From contig CAJFCJ010000064.1 in NCBI GenBank assembly GCA_904063045.1, forward strand, positions 1 through 47,444: a stretch of DNA of 47,444 bases, given 5' to 3'. A program made the position numbers and the translations under genes. This DNA is from Dimorphilus gyrociliatus. Lineage: Eukaryota > Animalia > Annelida. Positions within the stretch are counted from its first letter, which is position 1, and every line of letters begins with the position of its first letter. The notes under the pieces are model-generated. The model was not told the origin of the DNA. It saw nothing but the letters and a program-made list of their open reading frames with translations, and did no database searches. Below, piece by piece: positions 1-12,347 of the stretch.

Positions 1-430
1 GAGCCTCTCTCCAGATTCTTTATTAAACTTTGCCTGACATAGCCAAGTTCAGTCAATTCTGTAAAATTTTTCAGAATATTTATCATTGGACATGGAAAAT
101 TAAGTTCATCACATTCCCTTAGGCTAAAATTTCAGCTTTGTTTGATTGTAGACAATTTAAAAGCAGTCTAATGTTCTCTTCTGTAAAAAATGCAATTTTA
201 AAGTCTATAAAAATATTTCATCAATATTTACCTAGAATTTTACATTTGCATAATTTAACTTTGCAACTTGATACATTTCAAGTATTGTAGTGACAAACAT
301 CCAATGAAAAGGCATTACAATTGTTTAGGGTTAAAGACTTTAAAGAAAATGATTCAATAGAATTTCTAAATGTTTTTCTGCCTTAAAGAGAATATCAGAG
401 AGATAAGTGTTTGAGCTTAAAAAACTTTCA
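1..430 (-). pseudogene. Decayed LRR tail of the NACHT gene
   Basis: Other frames overlapping and following the ORF end read KLKHLSL*, LKSLTLNNCN, NVSSCKLN and FSLRECD. These LxxLxLxxC-type motifs are separated by stops and frameshifts. Confidence 0.55.
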
Positions 431-2208
431 AACATATATTGAAAATATTGAACATCAATTGATTTTCTCACCCCTCCTCTTAATATTAAACTCTCCAGAC
501 TCCCATTTAAAGCATCCTTGATTGTATCAAAAAAATCATCAAATGTTATTTTCACAAATGTAAAATTAATCACAGTAATGTTTTTTACAGTATATTCTAC
601 TATCAAATTTAAAAGTGATTTATTCAAATGGATACTTTTTAAGCAGAACTCAAATGAATTTTTAGGATTATATTTTTGAAGTAGTTCAATTACTTGCTTA
701 TCAAGATCTAATTTATCAATTATATTTGAATTTTCTTTCATAATCACAGAGAAAATTTCACCATCCATATCTTGTAGAAAATTGAATACATTCTGCATAA
801 AAATGATATATTTTGATGTCTGTAATGCTTCATTAATATTTTGTCTTTGATTTTCAACATCAGACTTGTACTCTTGAAGAATATAATATGCTGTAAAATA
901 GTCTTGAAATGAAGAATGTATAAATTTCAAAAATTCCTCTCCAATTGTGTTTATTTTAAATGGAGTTAAAATTCCATTAAAATAATTATATCTTTCAACA
1001 ATATTTGTTTTTGTAATTTGTGAATTGTAAAAATGATTTTCAAAAGCTAGTGTTGAACAGAATTTCAAAAATTCCCTACTATCTGATGCTCTTTTAGAGA
1101 TGAGTTCAATAAACTCTTGATATATATCTGTATATCTTACAACTTTCATTTCAGAACTTTTATCATTCCAAATAGAAGCTGTTAGCAAAGCAATTAGAGG
1201 AATTTTGCAAGCTTCCAAAAGGTAGTCTTTATCACTTAAAAAGCTCATAATTTTCTCAGACTTTAAACTCTCTTCTTTGGGTTGTTTTGTTATCCCAATT
1301 TGCTCATGAAAAAATTTTTTGAAAAACATTTTTAGGCTATTTTCATCAAACTGAGATATTTCAAAAATAAAGTCATAAGTATCTTTAATTTCAAAACATT
1401 TTGATTTTCTGGACCAAACTATAACTGGGAAATTGGTAAAACCTTTGCTAGATATGATATCAGTAAAGATTGTTTTGTCTGATTTAAGTTCATCTGCTCC
1501 ATCAAAAAGTAATACAAAGTTTCTTTGTTTGTCAGCTAAGTAATAATCAAATAGTTCCCTTGATATCCATGTTTCATATGTAATATTTTGGGTGAATAAT
1601 TGTTTATTGAAATCTAAGTCATCATTTATCTCATTTAGCCTTCCATGTAAAACTGTATACTCTTGTAGAATAGTATTTTCAATTGCCCATGAATACAAAA
1701 CTTGCAAAAAATGATGAGTTTTTCCTATTCCAGAATCACCTTGTATTAGAATTCTATCATTACCATTTTCAATTATTTTATTAAACTGAATACCATTAGA
1801 TGAACAAGACTCTGACCCTTTTAGCATTATAAAGTTAAATGGGATTGTAATATTCTTCAAATTTACTCTCTTTTTGTTGTTGTTTAAAAATGGAAATTGG
1901 GGAATTGTTTGACATTTTCTTTTCACTTGCTCCTTTATGGCAATATTAAAATCATTCCATGTATTTTGAATATTCTTTAAAAGTTTATCTTTGTTTTTTG
2001 TCCAGCTTTCATGTTTTCTTAATAAATTTATAAAATCTTCAGTCTCCAAAGTAGAAAGATGTTGATCAAAAAGTATTTCTAAATTGTCCAATTGGTATTC
2101 AACATCAATTATTTTTTCTTGTACAAGAAAAGACTGGAAATGAGGATCATTTTTTATATACACAAGTATATCTTTCTTGTGTGTTATAATCTCTGAATTC
2201 ACTCTCAT
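340..2208 (-). CDS. NLR-like NACHT NTPase with a probable N-terminal death-fold (CARD-like) domain; LRR tail truncated
   Basis: 622-aa single ORF. Walker A RILIQGDSGIGKT, Walker B FVLLFDGADEL, HD1-like CKIPLIALL, winged-helix FIHSSFQDYFTAYY. The helical N-terminal ~90 aa look death-fold-like (inference). One LRR-like SLESLIL near the end. Confidence 0.85.
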   Translation of the reverse strand: MRVNSEIITHKKDILVYIKNDPHFQSFLVQEKIIDVEYQLDNLEILFDQHLSTLETEDFINLLRKHESWTKNKDKLLKNIQNTWNDFNIAIKEQVKRKCQTIPQFPFLNNNKKRVNLKNITIPFNFIMLKGSESCSSNGIQFNKIIENGNDRILIQGDSGIGKTHHFLQVLYSWAIENTILQEYTVLHGRLNEINDDLDFNKQLFTQNITYETWISRELFDYYLADKQRNFVLLFDGADELKSDKTIFTDIISSKGFTNFPVIVWSRKSKCFEIKDTYDFIFEISQFDENSLKMFFKKFFHEQIGITKQPKEESLKSEKIMSFLSDKDYLLEACKIPLIALLTASIWNDKSSEMKVVRYTDIYQEFIELISKRASDSREFLKFCSTLAFENHFYNSQITKTNIVERYNYFNGILTPFKINTIGEEFLKFIHSSFQDYFTAYYILQEYKSDVENQRQNINEALQTSKYIIFMQNVFNFLQDMDGEIFSVIMKENSNIIDKLDLDKQVIELLQKYNPKNSFEFCLKSIHLNKSLLNLIVEYTVKNITVINFTFVKITFDDFFDTIKDALNGSLESLILRGGVRKSIDVQYFQYMFESFLSSNTYLSDILFKAEKHLEILLNHFL

Positions 2209-2929
2209 CTTGAGGATAAAGCATAAAGTTCAGGAGAAAGATATCCACACTGAGAGATAATGTAAAAATATGTAAATATATATTTGATTATGGATATTTC
2301 TACAAATTAAGAAAGGCTGCTATTAGAAAAGGGCTGTAGTTAAAAAACTGCAAGTTGATTGGGAAGTGTGGTAAAATATTTCCAGAAACTGAAGTCAAAG
2401 GTTTCTGTTTCATTTGACTCAAGCAATTGCAAAATTGAGTAAATGGATTTATCAAAACAGAAGAGTTATAACAGCTGTATATGTTATGTATAGAGAAAGT
2501 TTATACTCACAATAATTAAGTTGTCAGCTTGCTTTGAATAACTTTTTGAAAAAAGTAAGCAATTTAGAAAACCAGGAAGAAGATTAACTGCAGAATAAAA
2601 ATATTATAAATATAGAAAATATGTTATACATTTTGTATTCTTAGTTATGATAGTTAACTAATTTTAATAATATTCTTTTAATATTACAGTCTATTGTTTA
2701 TTCTAGAAATTTCGTTCTTATATTTTATGTGTAAGCTATATTTCTTTATGCAACTTATATACTTATCTTTAAAAACCTACTCAATAAAATGTAATAAGAC
2801 TTGGCCTAACATGGTCTTTGTTCAGTTCAGGTTGACATGAAATATTTTTAGAAAACCTTAGACCTAACTCAATACTATTTAATATTAATGTTTAAAAGTA
2901 GCATTCTGAGTGAAGTACACACAACAATG

Positions 2930-3390
2930 CTATAACAATGGCCAAACACAGGTCTTGATTTGTCAGCTTGAAGATTAATTTTTAATTACCCAATAAGATT
3001 TGACCAAGTTTTAATTCAATTAACCTTTTTAAATGTTTAACCTTGTGATATTATATTACTTAAGATAAAAGTGAACTAGACAGTTCAGCAACTGTAAAGT
3101 GATGATTGGATATCAGAGGCAAACCTTTGAATATATAAATCCTCACTATTTTTATTCTATTCATTTGTATCTGAATCCAAGCACCAGAGCAGCTCACATG
3201 GAAAGAATATGATAGAAAATTGCCAGAGGTGGGTTGAAAATGGCCAGAGGTTTGAAGCTACTTTCACTGGGACAAGCCTTCTATTTAATTTCATATTGTT
3301 ACTTGCTTAAGTATTTTATTTTGAATAAACATCAGAAATTAGACACTTTGTTTAAAGGTCTGAGCAGAACCAGTTCTGCTATAAGAATGT
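2930..3390 (+). mobile_element. LTR-like repeat, copy A
   Basis: Homologous, inverted, to 14785-15350. Starts TGCTATAAC and contains ATTGG, TATATAAA and a downstream AATAAA. No TSD found. Confidence 0.5.
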
Positions 3391-4194
3391 TTAATTTGGT
3401 TAGGCAACAGTAGTACAATGTTCTTTACAGTGGTAAAGATTTTGTATGGCTTATTCACCAATGAAAGGTTTTTGATAATGAGAAAACTAGAAGAATTGTG
3501 GTGCATTTCATAAGTTATAAGATTTATTCTAAATCTCAGTGGATAATAAGAATTATATAAAATTTTTGTACAGCTGAGATATTGCAAATACTACATACAT
3601 TTTTGAGAAAACTAGAAATTTGCATTAAAAGAATACTTACTGACAATTCTTGGTAAGCTGTTTTGCTGTGTTACCATAACAGTATTGAACATTTCTTTTG
3701 GTTGTGAAAGCATATGTCTGCTAGGTGAACTATTGATTATTGTGTATAACAGATTAAGGTGTGACCATGTTTGATATTATATGAATATAATAGAATATAG
3801 TTGAAACTTGGTTGATATAGATATTTCTGCATAATCAAGTTATTAAAAGAATGTGTCATAGAAATTGTATCACATTTTTAAAAGTAGCATTTTGCACAAA
3901 GCATACAAATATGTAAACAGGATAAGTTTTGCTGTATTTTTAAAACAGTACACTATAGGCATATATTTTTATCATTAATAAAAAGTGAATTGATTAATGA
4001 ACTGTCACTAAAAACTTTCTCAACTTACAAGCCCTGGTTCAAAAGTTATTGAGACTTTAGTTGTGGCACAGTATGAATGATGGTATAAATATACCACCTA
4101 GAAACTAGCCAATATCTTGAATTGACAATATGTGGAATTTGAAGCTAAATAGACATACCTAAGACATTAATTAACATTTATGAATAAGCATATG

Positions 4195-4520
4195 TACACA
4201 TACATTCGTCAGCTATACTCTACAATAGAGAAGTAGTATTGAACCAGTATTGGACTATGCAGATAGCACTGATGAAGATAAGCAGTGGTGACCTAGTTTC
4301 ACATTAGGCAGTGCATACACATTGTGCAGCAATAAAACCTATTAAATTATATAAAGAATATTGCTATTTGCAACCTAGCATTAATATTACAATTTATTAA
4401 TCCATAAATTTATGATTTTGAACTAAAACTAGTTCAATTAATTATCAATTATGCTTAAATTCTAAGTTTAGATTATTCAACAGTATTGTATACACAATAC
4501 TGTTCTTCTTAACATTCATT
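4195..4520 (+). repeat. Dispersed repeat family R2, longest copy, with a hairpin near its right end
   Basis: Shares GCAATAAAACCTATTAAATTATATA and/or ATTGCTATTTGCAACCTAGCATT with 26760-26890, 29010-29210, 36262-36425 and 39985-40150. Perfect 11-bp stem AACAGTATTGT-ATAC-ACAATACTGTT at 4479-4504. Confidence 0.7.
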
Positions 4521-4574
4521 AATCAGATATACTTCCTCCTTATATGCTGATGCCAAGATTAGCTGTGATATACC

Positions 4575-4726
4575 CTTAGCTGTACCTAACCTTTTGCATT
4601 ACCCTTAACCCTTAGAGGAGACCCTCCTAAGTACAAATCAGTTGCTCTTCTTCTCCTTTCTAATCATTTCTCAATCCAAGTTTTTGTATTGAAATTTCTC
4701 ATTTATGGACATTTTTTGTCGACCCC
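4575..4726 (-). mobile_element. Truncated MITE with a MULE-3-type terminus
   Basis: Reverse complement begins GGGGTCGACAAAAAATGTCCATAAA and aligns for about 150 bp with 41265-41420. Confidence 0.75.
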
Positions 4727-5130
4727 TATTTCGATGTACAGTAAAAGAACTAAAAAGCAGAGATGTCCTGCAAGAATTCGTCAACAAAGAAATTCATTTA
4801 TAAAGGGAAGCAAAAAACACATTCATGCAGTAAATCAAAGTTTATCATCCAATATATCAATTAGGAAAGATTTAAGGATATGTGCCTAACTGACACACAT
4901 TTAAGTGGAAGAAGGTTAAGAGAAACAGTTCTGTTGAAACACCAAGAACAAATTGACTGCCAAATGTTGACTACTTGAACAGAATTGCAAATTTTACAAG
5001 ACAAAAAGTTAGGCCTAATGAGCCAAAAGATGTGGACTTTGATTTAAATAAGAATTTCATTCCAAAGGATTTCTTAAAAGAAAACTTTTATGAAAACAAC
5101 AATAGAATCTTGATTTTTGCCACAAATCAT
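4727..5130 (+). pseudogene. MULE transposase remnant (FLYWCH to pre-DDE), MULE-1 family
   Basis: SKRTKKQRCPARIRQQ is identical to the MULE-1 ORF. Also RIANFTRQKVRPNEPKDVDFDLNKNFIPKDFL. Frameshifted. Confidence 0.85.
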
Positions 5131-5229
5131 GTAATTTTAATAGCTCTCTCAAGGGTTTTGTAATTTTTGCAAAGTCCTTGACAAATCTTCTGTAATAACC
5201 CCAAAATGATACAAAATGTCACAAAGTAT

Positions 5230-5990
5230 TTCCAAACACAGGTAACCCAGCATCTTTTATTATCTGAATCTTTTCTGGATCAGTTTCCAATAATTTATCA
5301 ACTCACCAAAGTATTCACACAAATAGAACCTTTCAAGTTTGTCCACAAATAGTCTTCACAAAAGTAATTTCGGTAGAAATTAATCAACAAAATGGCAGTA
5401 TTTCGTTTAAAGAATATGTATTGAGTAAATGAGTTTCTAGTTCTAAACAAGTAAGTTTAAACGACCAGTTAATGGTTAAAGAACTGAACTGACAAGCTTG
5501 GGAAAAGCATTTCCCTTTATACATTTTCAAAGCTTGGGTTCAAGTGGTCAAAGGATTACAAAGTTGAAATCTGACAGTCTCATAATTCTCATGTAACAAA
5601 AATATAAAAGACTTGTTATATCACACATATAAAATATAATCCTAAGATTAGGGCCACATGTCAAACATGTGCCACAGCAAACAGACCTTCCTCATCAGCA
5701 TCTGGTGTTTGACATGCATCTTTTCCACATTCTTTGTTTCTTTGTTAATTCCCAAGTAGCCACCATCTATTATGGTCAAAAAGTTTATTTCTTAGGAAAT
5801 AGAGTTCTTTCTAAAGTACTCAAAGCTAGCTCTACAAAAAAAAAGTGTTTCTAAAGTTCCACCATCATAATTGCTACGAAATAAAAGTATTTCTATAGTT
5901 GCATCATTCTAATTTCTATGAAATAGAAATCTTTCTAATGTACCCTTTTATCTAAAGTCTAAGTATTAATATATCACTATATCTAAGTGC
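5230..5990 (+). repeat. Dispersed repeat family R1
   Basis: Colinear direct copy at 38940-39615, inverted copy at 10330-10815, and partial copies near 6420-6490, 26200-26490, 32000-32075 and 36715-36810. Confidence 0.8.
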
Positions 5991-6149
5991 ACAGTCTCTT
6001 ATTCAGATGAATTTCTAGTGATTCCTGAATCATTATCTGAATAGGTTTTACTGCCAACATCTTCTTCAGTTGAGTTTTGATAATTTTAAAAACGTTTTCC
6101 CTACATTCCAACAGTTATTTTCTCCATATTTGCTTGTTTTCCAGGTTTT

Positions 6150-6390
6150 GCTCATTGAGTTACAGCTTGTTGGATAAACTTCTTAACTAGTTCCCTTCTT
6201 CTGATAAAGAATGAAAGGGAAACTTGTTTTCTTGCAAAATTAATAATGGCTCCAGAATTTCATAGGAAGTCACAATCAAATATTATAGCCATATCCAATT
6301 TTTCCATAATGAAAAATTCTTGTTTTATAATTCTTCCAGCAAACTGGATGTTCAATCTAGCTTTTCCTTTAGTCTTTAAAGGTTCTATTT
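6150..6390 (-). pseudogene. Retroviral-type (Ty3/gypsy-like) aspartic protease remnant, C-terminal half
   Basis: Reads GKARLNIQFAGRIIKQEFFIMEKLDMAIIFDCDFL*NSGAIINF, resembling the retropepsin ILGxDFL region. Related to the 44090-44340 remnant (GKAKLNGQFAG). Confidence 0.6.
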
Positions 6391-6499
6391 GTGTGAGTAC
6401 TTTGGTGCATTGATAAATGATTGGAAAGGACAATTACAGTTGTGACGAACCAGAAACTCCTACCATTACAATACAACAAAGTACATATAAGTCATTTTA

Positions 6500-6950
6500 A
6501 AAATTTTAGCAAAAGCAAATCAGAAAGGAAAAGACTTCTAATCTATAATGGCTATACATTCAATGTTAAAATCAAACAAAAAGGTGATAAAACATAGATT
6601 TGTTCAGTTAGTAATAAATCTCAAAAATGAAAAACCTTTCCAAGAAGAAAAAACCACAACCACTCAGCATTGAAAAATGCTGAACAACAAATTGTAAGCA
6701 TAAATGATATTGAGAAGAAATGTGCCAATGATATTAAATCATCTGGAAAAGCAATTGCAGAGGAAATTGTTTCAAATCTTTGGTATGGAAAATTTAGTTT
6801 TCAGAATTCCAATGAAGTAGCCAAATATAACAATAAAAAAACCTACAGAACCTAATGATTCAAAATGATTCAAGTTTTTTAGCTATTATATCATTTGAAT
6901 TTTTGAAGAAAGAATATTATTTTTTGCAACTGAACATCAGTTAAAATACA
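6500..6950 (+). pseudogene. MULE/FLYWCH transposase remnant
   Basis: KILAKANQKGKDFLIYNGYTFNVKIK and DIKSSGKAIAEEI match the FLYWCH region and the following helix of the intact MULE-2 transposase. Several stops. Confidence 0.7.
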
Positions 6951-7026
6951 TATCCCGCAAATGTAACTTTTGAAATATTGATTAGATTCATATTATTGAT
7001 TTGTTAAATGTTAATTATTTAATTGA

Positions 7027-7180
7027 CTAGTGAAATGTAACCTTTAATCCTCTTCTTTTTGCTTCTTCATCATTTAAAGGAATTTTTCCAATACCAATAC
7101 CTCTGCTGTCTCTTTCAACAACTAAATGATGAATTATACATTCATCATTTTTTGTTGTAGATAAAAGTTCCAACATTCCA
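7027..7180 (-). pseudogene. GNAT acetyltransferase-like fragment
   Basis: IHHLVVERDSRGIGIGK resembles acetyl-CoA-binding motif A (V..xRGxGxG), followed by EEAKRRGL. No complete gene could be reconstructed. Confidence 0.45.
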
Positions 7181-7441
7181 GAAGAGAGTACAGCTTTAAA
7201 TACAGACCTAAATGATAACTTTTGCAGAATAATTGCCACATTGACATGGGTAGGAAAATATTTGACAAGTAATTGAATTTGAGATGACAGTGTCAACACA
7301 GATCTGTTCTTCTACAGCCACAAATGATATAGTTTACTGTCTGTAACCCTATGAAACGGTTGATGTATTCTAAAAAGGAAGAATGCCCAATGTAATCATG
7401 TGTGGATCCATATAAGATGTTTAAGCAAGTGATGTTTCATT

Positions 7442-7783
7442 GATAAAAATGAATTTGACTGTGCAATTTGTTTAGACTCTTGGGTTTATAATGACTCCAG
7501 AATGTTGCCTTGTCAAAAGTTCATATAAGGTCATGTAATGTAAATAAAGAACAGAGTAAAGAGATTAGAAAGCTACTGAAAAATTGCTCTAATTTGCAAA
7601 ACAATTGACCTATCAGAAAACAGAGAGATGAAAACTGGAATATTGAACATTTACAAAGCATTACAAAAGTCATCAAGTACTCGAATTACACTTTATTTAA
7701 AGTTATATGATTTCAATGAAGAACAACCTGAAGAGATAAGAAATCTGATAAAACATTGTTCTAATATAAAAATAAGAATTTAA
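7442..7783 (+). pseudogene. Half-RING fused to a QQSSN-family LRR fragment
   Basis: DKNEFDCAICLDSWVYNDSRMLPCQ, then out of frame SCNVNKEQSKEIRKLLKNCSN / TIDLSENREMKTGILNIYKALQKSSS...NEEQPEEIRNLIKHCSNIK. Not in the ORF track. Confidence 0.8.
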
Positions 7784-8277
7784 TATTTGGAAAGACAAAA
7801 ATATCAGTTTCAAGAGCTCTATAAGATTAAAATAGAAGTGTAGAGACTTATTGCCTAAGTAATAGGAGACAAAATAGCATGGATTATGGTTGAAGATTAG
7901 AATGAAAGGTGTATTTATATAATTCCAATGATTGTAATCCATTTCATTTCTACTAACTACTTTCATTGCAACTGCAACTTTTGGTGTTTACTTTGGTTTG
8001 AAGAAAGCAAGGATAAGACATTGTGTAGAAATTTAATATCAATTTTTTCATTTTACTGACTGGTTGTTCCTTATTTTGTAATTAGGAACAGGAAACAAAT
8101 GAACCTTCATTTTCATGCCAAATGTCAAATTTATTTCAAAAAATCAAATTCAAAATTGGGGTTAGGAATAGCACTATTTCTCATCCATGTATACGTTTAT
8201 TAATAGTTTGTTAAATATGTTGGGATCAGGGTTAGGTTTAACTGGTTTCCTTGCAAAAAGAATCCAAACTTTTAATC

Positions 8278-9436
8278 TTATTCCTTGTCATAATCAAATT
8301 CTTCTCCAAGAGAATTTTGTATATCAAATCTTTTATTACTAATTATGATTATTCCACTAGTCGTTTGCTTTATGTGCCATATATTTTCTATCTCCATTTG
8401 GAAATATTCATTAAGCATATATTCAACACTTGTACATTTTTCTTCATTTAAAGAACAGATACCAAAATAAAGATTCTTCAAAGTGTTTGACGACGTTCAA
8501 AGTCCTTTAAGAATATTGATTATTCCATTATCCCAATCCATATTGCCCAATAGATTTACTGTCTCAATTTTAAAGCAATGTTTAAAAAGATCTTCAATGT
8601 TATGACTGTGTTCTTCCTTCATAAAACAAGAATTAAAATTAATATTCTTTAATGTGTTTGATGACATTTGAAGTCCTTCACAAATATGATATAGACACTT
8701 GTTATTAAAAAAACTATAAGATAGATTTATCGTTTCTATTTGATAAAACTTTTTCAATAAATTTCCAATCTCTTCACTATGATTTCTATGTAAACAATTA
8801 TGGCTTAAATTCAAATTCTTTAAAGTACTTGATGACATTTGAAGTCCCCTCATAATACTGAATAGTCCTTGATCCATCATTTGATTTCCACATAAATTTA
8901 TTGATTCTATTTTGGAACAATGCCACAATAGATTTTCAATTTCTACACATTGTTTTACATTTAAATGGCACTTTTTGAGATTAAGACTTTTCAAAGTATT
9001 TGATGACATTTGTAATCCTCTGCAAATAGCATGTAGTCCATAACCCATCCATTTATTATTTGATAGATCTATTGTTTCTATTCCAGAACAATGTTTTAAT
9101 AAATCACCAATCTCTTCACATTGTGCCATTATTAAATTACAATTTCTAAAATTAACATTCTTTAAAGTATTTGATGATATTTTAAGAATTTCACAAATAT
9201 TTGTAAATTCTTTTCTTGGACTTTTTTCATGAAGTCTATATTTCCAAATCAAATAATCCATAAACATTTCTACCACATAGTGAACATAAGACTTGATTGT
9301 AGCCACTTCTTAACTCAATGTCTACACATGCATAACACATTTTATGTTTACAAGAGAGTATATCTGAACTTTTCTCTTTGTAAAATTCCTCACAAATTCC
9401 ACATTGGAATTCAGTTTCACCAAAAAAGTTCATCAT
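8278..9436 (-). pseudogene. RING-LRR gene with a frameshift and a nonsense codon
   Basis: C3HC4 RING (CGIC...CKH.MCYAC...CSLC) from ATG 9436. The LRR array lies in another frame from about 9215. A TGA at 8497-8499 interrupts GL*TSSNTLK, and the same frame continues to 8278. Confidence 0.85.
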
Positions 9437-9689
9437 GGTATCCACTTTAACAATGTATGTAACCAAAACAAACAAAAGTTTTGAAAATTTTCTCTTATAA
9501 CCATTTTTAAGCATAACCACTTTATAACAATCTTATATACTAAAGGTCAAGGTTTTTGGACTGATATTGTGTTTTTGAACATAATTGTTTATTTCCTAAT
9601 TAACTAAAAGTATCTGGATTCTCATGTGATAGAGTTTTCTTAATTGCTTAATTGGCAGACAAGAGTAGAGCTTGAAACAAAAATTAAAG

Positions 9690-9970
9690 TCACCTCTATC
9701 CTTAAATGTATGCGTAAAAAAAATAAAAACTGGTAAAGAAACTGAAATATAGCAAGGAAAGTGTGACTGCACCAAAGGATTTGAAAGAATTAGAAGTAGG
9801 CGTAAGCCTTAGAATCATTCAGGGGGAGCTGAAAAGACAAAATTTCAAATACATAAGAATCAGGCAAAGAACTGATCTCACCTCTAAAGATTGTAAACAG
9901 AGAAAAAACTATTTTCTCAAAATGATTAGTGAATATCCAGACTAGTCTGGAGTTATTTTTTCAGCTTACC
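9690..9970 (+). pseudogene. Tc1/IS630-like transposase remnant
   Basis: TAPKDLKELEVGVSLRIIQGELKRQNFKY...DLTSKDCKQRK...D*SGVIFS matches the second HTH, the linker and the W..VIFSDE approach of Tc1-type proteins. Confidence 0.6.
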
Positions 9971-10329
9971 TCACAGTTTTCTCTATCCTTTAATTGAAGC
10001 CAATTCAAGACACCAGTTTTCATTGAGATTTTAAATACTTATTTTGATATATTCACATTTTGATAATGGAATGAGTAGATTTCTCATGTTCAAGTAAACC
10101 ATAAGCGAATTTCAACACCATATTTCCAGATACACAATCTAATTCTTCTTTGAGAATGTTTTAATTTATATGCTAGAGCACATCATAAACACCTAAAGTT
10201 ATTATTTCCAAGCAGACTTCCTCTTTACGAATAGTAAAACATGCGACATGATAAAATAATGACATACTTTGACCATTTCTGCCTCTAAATGTTTTTCATT
10301 TGCTATACTTTGTTCATTTAGGACAAAAT

Positions 10330-10815
10330 TATCAATATTTGTGTGCACTTAGATATAATGATAGATCAATACTTTGACTTTAGATATAAGGGAATGTTAG
10401 AAATACTTCTATTTCATAGCAATTACAATGGTCCAACTTTAGAAAGACTTTTATTTTGTAGAGTTAGCTTTTAGTACTTTAGAAAGAACTCTATTTCGTA
10501 AGAAACAAACTCTTAACAGATGATGGCTACTTGGGAATTAACAAATGAACAAAGAACATGGAAAAGATGCATGTCAAACACAAGATGCTGATGAGGCAGG
10601 CCTGTTTACTGTGGCAAATGTTTGGCATGTGGCCCTAATCTTAGCATTATATTTTATATGTGTCATATAACAAGTCTTTCTTATTTTTATTACATAAGAA
10701 TTATGAGACCATCAGATTTCAATTTTGTAACCCTTTGGCCAATTGAAGCCAAGCTTTGGGAAATGTATAAAAGGAAATGCATTTCCCCAGCTTGTCAGTT
10801 CAGTTCAGTTCTTTA
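10330..10815 (-). repeat. R1 repeat, inverted copy
   Basis: Reverse complement aligns with 5480-5995 and 39200-39615. Confidence 0.8.
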
Positions 10816-10954
10816 AGTTAAGATTATCCATTCATTAAAATGATTCAAAGGAGTACAACAATAGGGAAAAACAAGACTAAGAAATGCTTTAATTATTTTC
10901 GAAATGTAGAAATTACAACTGAAAAAGGCTTAAAAATAGAATTATACTAATACC

Positions 10955-11006
<52 letters not shown>

Positions 11007-11008
11007 TA
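10955..11008. repeat. (CT)n(CA)n microsatellite
   Basis: Directly visible, about 35 bp upstream of the GPCR ATG at 11043. Confidence 0.95.
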
Positions 11009-11042
11009 CAAACAAAAACAATTCTCTTCTTCTTTAATCATA

Positions 11043-11966
11043 ATGAATTCTTCAAATTCAACAACAGTTTTATCATCTGAAGGTGGAAGTTCACTTGAAT
11101 TTCTTGCAGTAAGGTTATTCTCCTATGCTATTTTACCAACCAGCATTTTGTTTGGGATACCATTAAATATTTTATCCATTTTGATAATTGTTAGAGGAAG
11201 TTTATGGAAGATGACGATATTTCGATGTTTAGCAGGAATTTCAACTGGAGATTTAATCACTTTAATCAGTTACTCATTCAGAGCTATGGCTTTAATTAAA
11301 ATTGAAAATATTTCAATTGGATTGTATAAACTGTTATATTGTCAAATTTCTGCATTCTGCTATATAACATTTATTTAATTCTCATCGTTCAATCTTGTAG
11401 CAGTGACTGTTGACTGATGTATTTGTATTTCATTTCCAACTAAAGCTAAAATATGGTCTACTCTAAACACTTGTAATAGAGTTGTAGCAGGAATAGCAGT
11501 ATTCTCAATTGGAGTAAATATATTCATGCCATTTGTTCAAGATCATACAGTAAGAATTTCATCCTCAAGGATTGAATGTTTGCCTCAAAATCCAGGTGGT
11601 AAATTCCTATACAAGTATCATTTAACCTATATTTCTCTTATGTATTCATACTTTCCTTCAAAGAGATTAACAATATTAAAATTTGATTGTTTCAACAAGC
11701 TTCATTAGTTTAACTTTCCAATAAGTTGCTTCAGTATTTATGCTCGAGTTTTCTCTAAAAATTACAATTCCAATCCAGTTGAACGAACAATTTTTGAAGC
11801 AACATTTATTCTAAATTCTATGAATCACATGATCAACTTTTTTCTGTATTGTTTATGTGGACAAACATTTCAACGGGAAATGTTTAAACTATCATCATGC
11901 ACTAAAGAGTCTAAGCAGAGAGAAAAGACTATTGCTAGCTCTATTTCAACTTTAAGCCTAACATAA
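11043..11966 (+). pseudogene. Class A (rhodopsin-like, peptide/chemoreceptor-type) GPCR pseudogene
   Basis: TM1 ILFGIPLNILSILII and TM2 ISTGDLITL are present. In-frame TAA at 11376-11378, the DRY-like motif reads VD*C, and TM7 reads MNHMINFFLYCLCGQTFQRE. Part of TM5-TM6 appears deleted. Confidence 0.85.
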
Positions 11967-12347
11967 ATTACTCCTTTGCCTGATGATAGTTTGTCCGTGT
12001 AGAGAGCATGTGAAGCTGGAACTGTGTTAAACCGTGCTCTTTGTTTGGTGATTTCAATGCCTGTTTGCTTTGACAAACAGAGAGTACTTTCAAGTTTCAT
12101 TAATGTCTGCTGTTGAACTGCCAATTCTAATGCAAAATAACAGACAGCAAGACAGGCTAGAGTCAATTTCATTTTTACAAAGCAAGACTTTTGGTCTTTA
12201 TGAAAAGAATGAAACTGTTAAAGAGTGAGTTTGAGCATTTATAGCTAAAGATTTTTGGTATATTTAAATGTTCTTGACATGAGTTAAAATTAGCTCTAAT
12301 ACCTAAATAGCAAAACTGGTTTTTTTAAAAAGACATCTATTGATATA

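Noticed and set aside
9225-9270. Possible 38-nt intron joining the RING to the LRR frame
   Set aside because: The GT-AG pair I tested gives the wrong frame and an early stop.
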